A stretch of DNA of 62,457 nt, filler included, from Sphacelaria rigidula (lineage: Eukaryota), in assembly GCA_964200075.2 (NCBI GenBank). It is 7 parts of 7 records of this genome, joined end to end, with 100 filler letters (N's around TTAATTAATTAA, not from the genome) between each part and the next. Parts side by side here need not be neighbours in the genome. Positions count along the whole stretch, not along the records: positions 35,751 to 44,587 come from CAXNAA020009983.1; positions 44,688 to 53,523 come from CAXNAA020009984.1; 5 more parts are not named here. One strand, given 5' to 3'. The notes below the pieces were generated by a model. The model had not been told where the DNA came from. It worked only from the letters and a program-made list of their open reading frames with translations, and did no database searches. Below, piece by piece: positions 38,148 to 49,484 of the stretch; the stretch's first letter is position 1, and the number at the start of each line of letters is the position of its first letter. The position numbers and the translations under genes were made by a program.

Positions 38148-38592
38148 AGTGCATCTTCATGCCCACTCTTCTCGTCAATTAGTATGGGATGAATATGTGG
38201 GTGCACCAGCCGCGTGGGCTGGTGTGTCCACTTCCGCGTGTAGAGACGTAACCCGAGTGTTTTCTCCCTCAGTGTCAACATACTCGGGTCTCTCTCACGT
38301 GGAAAGGAAGAGTTTGCAAGAAGATACATTATTCAGGTGGTGTCTCAAATCGGTTCCTGCTTTATGTGCTCTTTCTCGGTGATCAGGGATCGATGGTCAA
38401 TAAATTGCTGGTTACTTGTGGGGCTCATACATCACTCTTACTTGACAGTCCCGTATCATAACGCCTGCGGCTATATGTAGAACTTCCTGTCAAATGATCC
38501 CAGTGTATCTTCATGCCCACTCTTCTCGTCAAGTAGTATGGGATAAATTTGTGGGTGCACCATCCGCGGCTGGTGTATCCCCTCCGCCTGTA
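38148..38592 (-). repeat. Split-direct-repeat-like 3' terminus: two diverged copies of about 90 bp (38148-38240, 38502-38592) separated by about 260 bp
   Basis: agtg(c/t)atcttcatgcccactcttctcgtcaa(t/g)tagtatgggat(g/a)aat(a/t)tgtgggtgcacca(g/t)ccgcg..gctggtgt occurs twice; copia gag coding resumes directly after the distal copy. Confidence 0.85.
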
Positions 38593-38714
38593 CTCGTCTG
38601 AGTTGACCATACCGATTTCCGTTACTCTTGTTAGCTCAATGGTTTGGTGACTCAGTTCATTCTTTACTCTCTCGGGTACGGCCCTCGATGTTCTTATCAC
38701 ACCTGCTGGTCTCT

Positions 38715-40184
38715 CTACGTGTACATGGGTTGTTTCCCGAAGGCGGACCAAGACTTACTCTGTTCCTGTAATGGGAACTCGTTAATCTCTCGGTACTGAG
38801 CTTCTGAGACGCCTTCGATCATTCGGTTTCCGACTGTTCCGGGATCTACCACTTCCATCAATCTCATATATCTCCACGCCGTGCTTGGTCTTTTCCAGAA
38901 AGCCTTCTGCATTATTTTCTTCAAATAGTCGCCTGCCAGGGCACGCGAGACGGCGCCTCCCGAGCGAAACGAATGCATAGAGAACGGGCACTTTATTCCA
39001 GCATCCATTCCTCGTTGTCTGAGGGTCGCCGTCATCTGAGCGGCCGGCATCGGTGTCGAACCTCGTGTCGGGGTTGTTGTCGACGTGTCAATCTGGGGAA
39101 AGAGATAGCCTCGGGTCATATTCCAACCCATTGATGTCCCTACCTTCACCCGTTGCTCCACTGCTCGGACAGGGCATGTCGCGGGGTAGAGCTCATCGTA
39201 CGGTACAGTGAGTAGATGGTCTGCGCCTCCTCGTAGTGCTTTCCCCCATTGGAAGTTGAACATGAAACCACTGTGGTTGGGGAGTCTGAGAATGCGTTGG
39301 ATGAGGGTCCTTGTGAGCTCGTTGCCGCGCTTAGTGGTGCTAAATGCTACTGTGAACAGGGCGATGTCTCGGGCCAGGAGTACCTGCTCCTTAGCGTCTC
39401 TAGTACATTGTAGAGCTGACCTCAATGGGGTGATCAATTCAAGAAGGTGGATGTGTAGTATAATCGGTGCTTGTTTTACTCGCACTCCTGCTTTCTTCTG
39501 TTCATCCCTGGTGAACATCGTATATTGTGCCACGAGGTTGCTGCGGACTGGGTTTCCTACCCGTACTGCATCGCTCCAGTCGGAGTTCGTTCCGAGCTCG
39601 TTGTCGAAGGCCATCGCTAGTTTCGACGTATAATTCGTCCGTAAGGAATCGTGTGGGTATCTATAGGTACGTTTCCCTTGTTGCGTTGAGCAGTCGATGA
39701 GTCCGGGGGTACCAACTGCAGCGCAGTGTCTAGCATGTACTGGCGTACGTCCTTTCCCACATGCATCAAGCCAGCACAGAAAGGCTACAATGTCGGTCGG
39801 TTGCGCTTCTGTCCAATATTTGGGGCCGAACCCGGGTCGTGAAGCTAAGAATCTATTTATTAGTTCGGTTGTAGAATCCTGTCTCTTTGCTGAGGCTGAC
39901 GCTGCCATGGCTAGCGTAAACTGAATGTATCGTTTCTGTATAGCTTCCTAATCGATTTTTAATGTCGCCTCTTGCGTTGCTCTCGTAGCTAGTATCGAAC
40001 TTCTTATGCCGCACCGTTGACAATATTGAAAGTCTTCGTCGTTCTCCCCATGGCAGTCGGGGCATAGCACTCTTGCTCGCGAGGCGGAGACTCGAGTCAT
40101 ACTCGAGCTGTGGCTGGGCGGGTTGCGCTTGTGGCCTAGGTGGGCGAGCATCGTTGTTATCCGTACTAGTAACGGTTGCACCAA
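38715..40184 (-). CDS. Tyrosine recombinase of the YR retroelement with an N-terminal zinc ribbon; one in-frame TAG at 39948-39950
   Basis: Catalytic set TKRGNEL (R), WGKALR (K), HSFRSGG (H-x-x-R), AFWK (W) and WRYM (Y). Upstream in the same frame is CPDCHGENDEDFQYCQRCG. Confidence 0.9.
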
Positions 40185-40348
40185 AGCGAGGAGCGTATGG
40201 AGCGCCTACATGTGTGGGAATGGTCGCGCGATAAGAGCATTCGTCAGGTGGTTCTCGGATACTTCTCGTGTGGTAATTGTCGTCTTAGAGGGCAGAGCAT
40301 CTCTTGTGAACTTTGCAATAAAGGGTCATGCCGAATATCATTCATTCA

Positions 40349-40830
40349 TCAGGCTTGGAAATCTACTTCAACTGCGTGCATGTTCCATTCATGAAATACG
40401 AACGCCTCCTGCCCTCGTTGATGGTGGGTACGAAAGAACTGCCTATTCTCCCCTCCTTTAGATACAAGCTTGGTACGTACGGCTGCTTCTGTGTGAGCAT
40501 AGGGTACCACGACGCCGGTCTCGCTGGAACCACGACCACCGCACGGGCGTGGCAATCTGCGATGTGCTGAAGCACTACTCCGACCATCACCGGGGGGGGG
40601 GCCGGGGGCGGAAAACAAAACCCGAAGTATTGCTGCGTCCGACATGACGAGCGGCTAACGTCATAGGTAAGGACGTCTACCCCGTGTGATCCTGCTGTAT
40701 GATATCTCGAGTAAAAAGGCAGAGATGTTCCTCCACCCGGTGCATTCATTGGAATCTTTTGGGCTAATGCTGTGGATGCCATGAGGTTCATCTCGAACCC
40801 GCCCCCCTCGAACCATAACTGGTCAAAATA
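40349..40830 (-). CDS. DNA N6-adenine methyltransferase-like (MT) domain at the end of pol; frameshift near 40490
   Basis: FEMNLMAS...FYSRYHTAGSHGVDVL...FCFPP...VLQHI...AVVVVP...SWYPML matches the DIRS MT pattern (DLFAS, FPP, VVP..W). It is in frame with RNaseH. Confidence 0.8.
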
Positions 40831-42807
40831 CTATGCACTCAGTCGCACGTGCTCGTTGGCCCCTGGTCTTGAGAGGCTGTCTGCCTCTGAGTTCGTCTTT
40901 GAGTCTACCCATTGTAACGTGAGTGTGAAGTCTTGTCTGACTTGCATCCAGAAGAAGAGCTGTTGGATGAGGGTGTGCATGCGTCCATCCCTGGCTTTGC
41001 GTTTCTTAAAGGCGTGGTACATGTTTTTGTTGTCGGCATCTATTAACAGACTAGTCCCCGCCACTTGATGAGCTTGCTCTAAGCAGAACAGTCTAAGGAC
41101 CTGGTGCAGTGCGAACGTTTCCTTGACATTGATGTGTGCTGTCACCCATTCGGCCGGAAAATCGGCGGCCGCTGTAAAGGCGACGCCAGAGGGGCCTTGA
41201 ACAATGTCCCCCCATGCAAGTGAGGAGGCATCTGTGGCGCCGTTTATGGCGATGAGGTGGTGACTAGGGCTGTACCTGGCCGCCCCATTCATGTTGTCTC
41301 GGAGTATGCGCCATGTAGCTATCTCGTTTCGAAGACCACCATTGATAGAGAGCGCTACCGTTGCTGTGATATGTTTTCCTCCCGTCTTTCTGTATATCAT
41401 GATCTGTTTGTACATGTAAAACGTGTACAAGCTGGCTGCTGGCACTGCAACTGACATGCTTGTGCACTTCCCCGCCAGCTTCTCAAGCATGGTGAACGTG
41501 ATGGTTCCGGTAGCAAGGGCATCGTCTAAGATGCGCTCTAACTTGACGAGCTTATCTTCGGGGACTTCGAACCGGCAGTTGTCTGTGTCGCACAGAATTC
41601 TCAAGAACACAAGTTTCGTAGTGGGTTCCAGCTGGCATTTCGAGATGGACACGAAGTATCCACAGTGATAGAAGACTGACAGCGCCAGGAGGGCTGCTGA
41701 GCTTGCTGCCTGTTTCTGCGTGTTAGGTGGGTCATGTTTTGTCGAGCGGACTCTCGTCAGCCAGAAATCGTCGATCCACACCAGTACTGGTACATGTCGG
41801 GATCGTAGGTATTGTGCCACCGCCTCGCTCAGGGTGTGGTAGATGTAGGGGGAACTGCACCAACCAAAACAGAGGACCGTCCAGACGTAATGTTCGCCCT
41901 TCCACTAAAACCCGAAGTATTCCCGTGATGTGGGGTCGAGGGGCATATGGTGAAAACCTGATTTGTGGTTCATCGTAACCTGGTAAGCGCCTTGCCACGT
42001 GCATTGGACCACCTTTCCTACTCCGTCCATCTTGAATGGCATATCCTTGCACACGAGGTTCAGCCAACGACCGTCCCAGATTAATCGTGGTTTCGACGGT
42101 TCTACTCCGAGCGGGAGAGACATGCGTGGCTTGGATTGTGCGTGAACGTCTGCTATTTTCGCCCATCGCACCGCGCAGCCTTTATCGACAAGTTGTCTGA
42201 CCTCGCAGTCGACAAACAGTTCGTGTTCTGGATTCACGCGGTTGGGTAACTCCACACCCGTGAGGTCGGCGCCGTGAAAGGGGCGTCCTCCGAAACTTCC
42301 TGTCGTTGATTTGTCGACGAATGTGTGTATGTCTACACCGTTAATCCACGACAATAACAAGTCGGGTTGCATGTGGTCCTTTAGAATGACCACTTCCCAG
42401 AACGAGACTGCCGTGCTCAGATGTCCTGGAACAAAGTCTTTCTCGTTGTATACGGGGGCTTTTCGTGGGGCTTGGGGCGGTTCTCCTGATACCCAGCCTT
42501 CCTGGATCTGTTTCGCAGAGGAATCCTGGATCATGCACTCGCTATGGGCTGAAGCTCGATTTTCTTGTATATCCGTTTGGTCCGTACGAAAATATGCATG
42601 CACCGCGTTCGTACGTCTGGATCTTTCTGCCAGAAAAGCTATCAGGCCTGGTTGGTCCTGTAGACGCGTATAGCATACAACCAAATACAAAATCGTTGGA
42701 CGGACGTATCGTGTATGTATAGATATTTTGGACCCAGCAGAAATTTCAGTTTTTTTTTCAAAGCGAGCGCTTTCACGTATCCCACTGCGCACCAGAGTCC
42801 AAGCCAC
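40831..42807 (-). CDS. Reverse transcriptase plus RNase H of the YR retroelement; in-frame TAG at 41905-41907 and 40831-40833
   Basis: KPRLIWDGRWLN, NHKSGFHH, VLCFGWCSSPYIY and WIDDF in RT; TDASSLAWG, HINVKET, DADN and EADSLSR in RNaseH. ORFs 41905..42807, 40831..41820 and 40363..40791 share one frame. Confidence 0.92.
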
Positions 42808-43383
42808 GAGTGAAAGCGAGGTTCAAAGGGTTACAGGGGGGGCATTGGGGCTGCGTTATGTTGGATGATGACGTTTTCAGATCATCCGGCACTCATTTCA
42901 TCTTGGGGGTGAACATGACACTTTGGGGTCAGCTGTAGTGGACTGGGTTACCGCGGCTTAGTATTCTTTTCAGTACACATAGGATACAGAGGACATGAGC
43001 AAGCTGCGCGGGGTGTGGTGTTTCGAGAGGAGAGTGTGTAACGTTTGTCTGTTGCGGGGAAAAGTAAAACTCTCGCTCGGGTATTCTGCAATACAGCGGT
43101 GGGTTCGGCCTGTCGCCGAACCGGGCTCCATCATGTGTCGCGTGGTACAAAAAACCCGAGCCGAACTCGCCATCGGGGCAACAGAACAGCAAACAGTATT
43201 CAATTCATGTTTATTCCATCTCCTGAAAACGGTACGCAAGATATGTCTTGCCTATTAACCTATGAAAGAGGACATGTGCAGCCTGGAATCGGCACGTTCC
43301 TAGTGTCCTGTGGCGGAAGCTACCGCAAACAGGGCGTGGTAACCCTGTACTATCTTAACAAATCACACTTCAATTCTACCATA

Positions 43384-44131
43384 TCATCCGGGGCAGTGCT
43401 TAGCGATGTGTCCCGGTTTTGCGTATTGCCAACAGACTGTCAGCGGGCAGTGAACATATGAATGGTTTGCGGGTTGACCCGCGTCCGTGCATTTTTGGCA
43501 CTGGGGTGGTGCTCCTGAGCCCCGGCCACTGCCTTTCCCGGGACCTCCTCGGCCTCCTCCTCTACCGCCGACGCGGGTATTTCGCTGTCGCCTCCCTCCC
43601 TGCCACCCCACCGCGTAGTCTTCACTGGGGCTGTAGTGGTTGGCGGCGCCAGAAAATGGCGCCTGCTGGTAGGGCAGGCGTGGATGTATGGGTGGCGGCT
43701 GTACATGGTAAGGGGAGGGGTACTGGTTCGGCGGGCTCAGCAGAGCCCTCGACCCCCCCCGCACGAATGTCTGGGCACCAACCCGGGGCGGTCTCCAGGG
43801 TAGTGTGCTTGCCGTCCATGGATGTCGCGATCTCCTTTATCTCTGCTTGAAAGGCCCTGTTCGCGGCCGGCGAGTGCCGGGAGGAGGTGGCACAAAACCG
43901 TTTGTTGAGGAGCAGGGCAGTTAACGCCGGCGAGCGCAGCGCGAGACTGTCCTCAACATCGTTGCGGAGGTTCCGCACCCACTTCATCCGACGGAATGAG
44001 GGCTGCCCCTCGGCCAGCCGCTCCATCGCAGCTAGGGGGACGAGCATGGTGTCGAGTTGATCCGTGACTCGCGTGAGGGGCGTGAAGCGTGCATCTTCAA
44101 GAGGGTGAGTGTCCGCTGCTGCTTGGCTCAT
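43384..44131 (-). CDS. gag-like ORF of the YR retroelement, split by a frameshift at about 43760-43840
   Basis: Helical N-terminus, RGG-rich linker and two Cys/His knuckles (CQKC...HSYVHC, CWQYAKPGHIAKHC). Confidence 0.75.
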
Positions 44132-46849
44132 CTTCAGCTCAAACTACATTGTTGGGGATACAGCATGGGACGGGTCGGGCGAACGGGTCGTGCGGCTGTT
44201 GTTGTGCTGTCGTACTCTCAGGCTGGATCGGTCGCGCTTTCACGTAGCAGACTTGGTGGGCTGGTGTGCTCACAAACCGCGTGTACAAATACGGAGTACT
44301 GCGCATGAGCTGTGTCACACAGTCTTGGTATGAAGGGGCTGGCTGTTTACGGTGCTATCCCCAGCCTGCCGTGTACTCATAATGGTGTACTCATCTCTGC
44401 TATCTGGGCTGCGCGTGTACGGTGCTATCTGGACTGTACAGTCCACAAGGGGTTGGGCGGGCGTGAGCTGTGTTTCATCGGAAACGATGCTGTACTGGCC
44501 TAAATCGAGGTTATATGGCTCCTCCGTTCCCCGTCCTCCGACGAAGGCCATGACCGGTCTTGTCGGTACGGCGTGGGGAGGGTCTTTNNNNNNNNNNNNN
44601 NNNNNNNNNNNNNNNNNNNNNNNNNNNNNNNTTAATTAATTAANNNNNNNNNNNNNNNNNNNNNNNNNNNNNNNNNNNNNNNNNNNNCTTGCATTTGGAT
44701 GACAGCCAACAATGATTTGCTTTATTCTGTGGTATCGCCACTTCCAGAGACAGCCACAGCTTTTCCACTGCCTCATGAGTGTCGGGGGGTAGGGGGGGGG
44801 CGTACTCATTTGTTGCTTGCCTTAGTCGTTTGACCATTGACCACGCATCCCTTTCGAGATGGAGCAAGGGAGGGCTGTATCCACGATTTTGTATGTCGTG
44901 GTCGGGGGGGGGAGAGGGGATGAGAGGAAGCGGGTTGGATGAGATACACAGCTGGGTGTTTGCCCTTCTGTACCCAGCAGAGTGACCATGACGTTTTTCC
45001 CATGATTTGTGGAACGACGCGCAGACTACTGCCCTGAGAATTTCGATAGAAAAGGGGAAGCGAGGACGACTGGAGTGTCGACTAGAAGCTGCCATTTCAG
45101 GAGATACTGTTCGCCGTCGCTCCGTACCGCACTCGACGCTTTGCCATACCACGGATACGACAGAGGGGAGTCAATATTGACGCACCTGACGAGTAGCTTC
45201 GAAAAATACAGGGTTTAAGTCACGGCACGAGACATGGTGGAAGTGTGTAGCGGGTGGCGGAGTCTATTACCGATGGTTGTCGAATTCCCAGCCCCGGCAT
45301 TTGTCCGTAAACAAGAGTTGCTCCATGTACCCTCCAAAAGGAACAAAGAGACACGGGTGATCGAAACCATCATGACGAAATGCTTTGGTAAAAGACGCAC
45401 GAGTTTGGTTTTGGCAGGGTAGTGGCGGACGGCCTGGCCGCGCATGCTTTGCGAGGGAATCGATCGAGGTTGAAACGGTGAATCTCCGTGGTGGCGGACG
45501 TCTTGTATACCCGCAAACTATCCTAACGATGCCGATGCTGTGACGTCGCGATTTTCGATGGCTGTTGGGAGCAAATGCCATATAGCCATGAACACTTATT
45601 TGCGAAAGAGAGACGTAGATGGGAAAAAAAAAAGTGTAATCCGGGGGGATACATTTTGTCTCCGGACGATCGGAGAGAGGCGACACATTTCAAGATCTCG
45701 AATAACAGAAAGAAGCGAGAATTATCTACCACAGGATTTCTATCACGCTGCCTCAAAGATCCAGATCTTCACGCTGCCAGGTGCCCGACGATACTAGAGT
45801 ATCACCCCCGGACAAGGAGGCCTACGGCACTGCTTTATTTGTGCCGCCCGCACTAACGGTGGAACCACTCATGTACCTTTTCCGAGATGTGCCTACAAGG
45901 AGGGTAGAGAGTGCAGGCCGCGCAACGCTTTAAAGGATTCAGCGCCGCGGAGGCTGGTATGTGGAGGGCTTCTTTTTCCCGCGCCAGCAGACGGCCCGGT
46001 GCTACGACCTTGAGGGTGTTGATCTCGCTCACATAGTGTCTTTCGCAGAACACCTGTCAAATGCCATTTGGTAACAATGGGAGGGGGCGAGGGAGACGCT
46101 GGAGAGACAGCAATGGGTATATTTTTCAAGTCTAGCCATTACTTTCAAATGGGGATGTGGGTTGGCTAACGAGAGGGGGTATCCATCGCCTTGCTACGCG
46201 ACGGAATAGCTCACACGGGGATCAACCTCCTTTTATTCTACAGTTTTTGGTTGAAGCCTGACCCTTTTTGACCACGTAGCACTGGGGTTTTCATAACATA
46301 TGGGAGCGGCTGCGAGAGAGATACCGTTCATGGCGGAGAAACAATCACATGGATCTATAATCCAGACAACCAGAGGATGGGAACCCCCATCGATCGGCAA
46401 CTCCGTAGGTGATGTAAGGGTGCGTGGGGGTGAGAATATAGCAGTACGTCTAGGCATATCACGTGCAACCCAAGCTCATACATCGCATGCGCACGAGAGA
46501 GATGGGGGCAGGGGAGGAGAGGGGAGGGGGGAAGGCAAACTTGAAGATCATAGTCAAGGCATACTCCAAGGAGCGCGGAACGTCAGCACAGTATGGAAAA
46601 TGGTAATAGTGTAAGGAGAAATAGACCAACCATGAAATCTCGGGCACGTTTCACGTACGAGCTGTTGTGTGCTCGGAAGACAATGAATCCCCTTTTCTGA
46701 GTGACTGACATGACGACAAAATCATCATTTGAAGGGGGGGGGCGGGGGGGCATTGCATTATGTTATTCGGAGGTAACATATTTTTGATTTCTCGACAGCC
46801 AATGGCAAAAAAAGAATCCTCATATCTAGTATAAGGGCATTGCGTCGTA

Positions 46850-48560
46850 CCGTATCGTGTAAGAACCATGCAGTGACGCGAGACTAGACGTGTTGATCAT
46901 TATCGTTAAGAACATATTATATATGGAAGGGCAGAAGAAGTGCCGTCGTCGCTCGCCCAAATCATCCGTCCTGGGGAAAATTTACTGCGGATCATGAACT
47001 GAGCTGCCCACATATATATGATAGTAGTCCCGTACATCTTGCACAGGGGCAAAATCAAGCGGCCGCGTGACACCCAACTCAGCATTTTGCAATAGCCACG
47101 CCAGTGCTCCGTCTGTGGCTACTGCAAGCCCATACCGTGCGTGATGTGGTCTAACACTCCTACATAAGGAAGCACTAGACCTCGACATGTTTTACAGTTA
47201 GGGCAGGTACACCACCGACGACAGGATCTGGAGATAACTTTTCTAGATATTCGTTCATGTTCAAGACCTCTCGGGAGTGCTCTGTGTTGTATCTCGAGCA
47301 TACTCGGGCTTGACGGAGTCGCACTCCGCGATTCGGAAATGTATCGTCCCTCCATCCCTTACGATACCATAGAACTGTGCCAGTGCGAACTCCCACCTTG
47401 TGAGCGACCGCGATGCAGCGCCTGAGATCTGGCCAACACAGGCGGAATATCGCCTTCACCGCCAGGAGTTCGTACCCGACTTTCTCTTGCTGCAGTATCC
47501 TTTCGCGATGCCCCAAAGAGTTTAGGCGGCGATGGGGAGAAATATGGGAGGGGTGAAAGGGATTGGTGCCGAAACCGATCCTTGAAACCTTGGCACCTGA
47601 CTGCAGCCATCCCCCACGACGAAGCCTGTGGAAACTAGGTTCACCTGGGCACTCGCACTACCGCATCCTATTCAGGGAGGGGTGTCCATCATCATGACGC
47701 ATCGCCCAAAAGTCGATGGTTAGTCATTCGGCGTGGGGAGCACACCACGATCAAATGCAACTCACGAGCCGGAGAAGACACGATTAGGCCAAACTAGGGT
47801 GCCTACAATACCGCCGGGGCGGGGCGGGGCGACACTCCGAGGTAAGTCTCCGACCCAGGTTTTGCTTCATGGGTGCATTACCAGCTACCTGAGCGTCAAC
47901 AACTTTGCGTTGCCGCGTCAAACTGGACGTTGCCATGGGGATTTCTCCACGTCTTGCGTGATCATATGGCTACGAGTATACCATAAGCGTTGCGTGCCAG
48001 GGAAGCCGGCTAGGCGCAAGTTTCTTCACGGGTTCATATCACGCTGTTTGTTCATGTTCGCGAGCGGACGGCCGGGAGGGGCGTCTGATCAGGACTCAGA
48101 GAATCGTCTGAACAAGGCGAAGCGGATTCGAGCACACATCACGACAATTTTCTTGACTGTGCAGTTTGCAGCAGCGCGAATCGAAGTGACCAATGCCTTT
48201 GTCCTCGTAGTCCCCGCGCGCCCACCCGTAGTATGGCTTCGATTCCGATACAAACGCCGGGGTCCGCCACGTTTTGCATTTCAGGCATGCACCTCCAAAT
48301 ACACTACCATGTTGTTTCGAATACACTCACGGAAACACGCAACTGTTCCGATCAGCGATCAGGCGTACCGCGCCCACTGCGGTGGAATACTCCTTCAGGG
48401 CCGACTCAGATGATAGTACCAGACTTGAAAAGACTTGCGATTGTAGAATTAACCATTCGCCTTCGATCTTCTCTAAAGAGACGAATCTTTACCACCAAAA
48501 AGACCTCATTAAGACAAATCTCGACGAGAGCTTCCCAGCTGCCCGAGTCTCGTTGTGAAT
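46850..48560 (+). mobile_element. Heavily decayed non-LTR retrotransposon (LINE) remnant, possibly with a restriction-like endonuclease
   Basis: Fragment ...IVPDLKRLAIVELT (about 48410-48455) resembles the RLE motif PD...K...IVELT. The surrounding sequence has no intact frame, and the boundaries are approximate. Confidence 0.35.
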
Positions 48561-49484
48561 GACTACATGTACGGCTTATGGTGCATGGACAAAACTACAC
48601 CTGAGAAGAATACGCACGCCATCTATCTCGTCCACAAGCTCCAGCTAGTCATGACGGTCAGCACGTGGCGCATGAAGAGAAGCAAGGGAGGAGGAGCGCG
48701 GGGTGGGAGTAGACGGAGGGGTGGGTCGGGAGCGCGCGCCCGGGGGGGGGGGGGAGGTGCTCATGATCTTGCATGCCGTAGTCATAAGATCATTGGCCTC
48801 GCATCTCTATAAAGCCGGGACGGAGTACGCCGGGTTTTTGCCGGACCAGGCTTTTCAAGGGACAGCACGAGGTTTTCCCAAGTGGCCTGCCTCCCCGCCG
48901 TGGTACTAGCCTGGACCGACGCCACTTGACTCCACAGAGCGGACGGGATGTGCGCACGGGGGACTGGTGATGAAAGACGTGGATGAAGAGTCCACGTACA
49001 GCAAGTTGCCACGATTACACAGCATTTCGTTCGCATCTTGTCAGGCACGAAACGTATGCAATGAGAAACCCCAACTTCAAGGAGGGAAAAGTGCCCAAGC
49101 GCCCCAAAAACGTCTTGAGCCCGCGATCATGAACCGCAATTTGCAATGATTACGTTGTGCGTTCACCTCGAATCAGCTGCTGAGTAAAACATTCGGTTTA
49201 ACGCCGTTTCTGTTGTACGGAAATTATCAGGTGGTCAGAATAACCTGCGAGAATACGAAGCCAATCTCCATCCGGTGCTATTGCCGAAATCACGCCGTCA
49301 TGTGACTGCCCAATTCAAAGAGCGCTTGAATTCACCCGGGCGATTCCTCCGCAACACCGCGGCAAGAATCACTGAACGTTCTTTGTTGCACAACAGATAT
49401 GGTGCCACAACTGCGTAGTATCGAAAATGTGAAAGTCGACAATATCCACACAACCACAGTCGTGAGCAAAGCATGTATATCCAC

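Larger units (their letters stand above)
38148..44587 (-). mobile_element. DIRS-order tyrosine-recombinase retrotransposon, probably PAT-like; 5' end lost at the contig end
   Basis: gag, RT-RNaseH-MT and YR are collinear on one strand, followed by a duplicated 3' terminal block of about 90 bp. Confidence 0.92.

Noticed and set aside
38250-38290. Hammerhead ribozyme in the YR element terminus (minus-strand CTGAGGGAGAAAAC)
   Set aside because: It does not match the CUGANGA core and lacks stem II.
39948-41907. Three in-frame TAG codons in the YR element as programmed readthrough or a recoded stop
   Set aside because: One lies inside the RT core, the copy also has frameshifts, and the host exons show no internal TAG. 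Ordinary decay is simpler; a family consensus would settle it.
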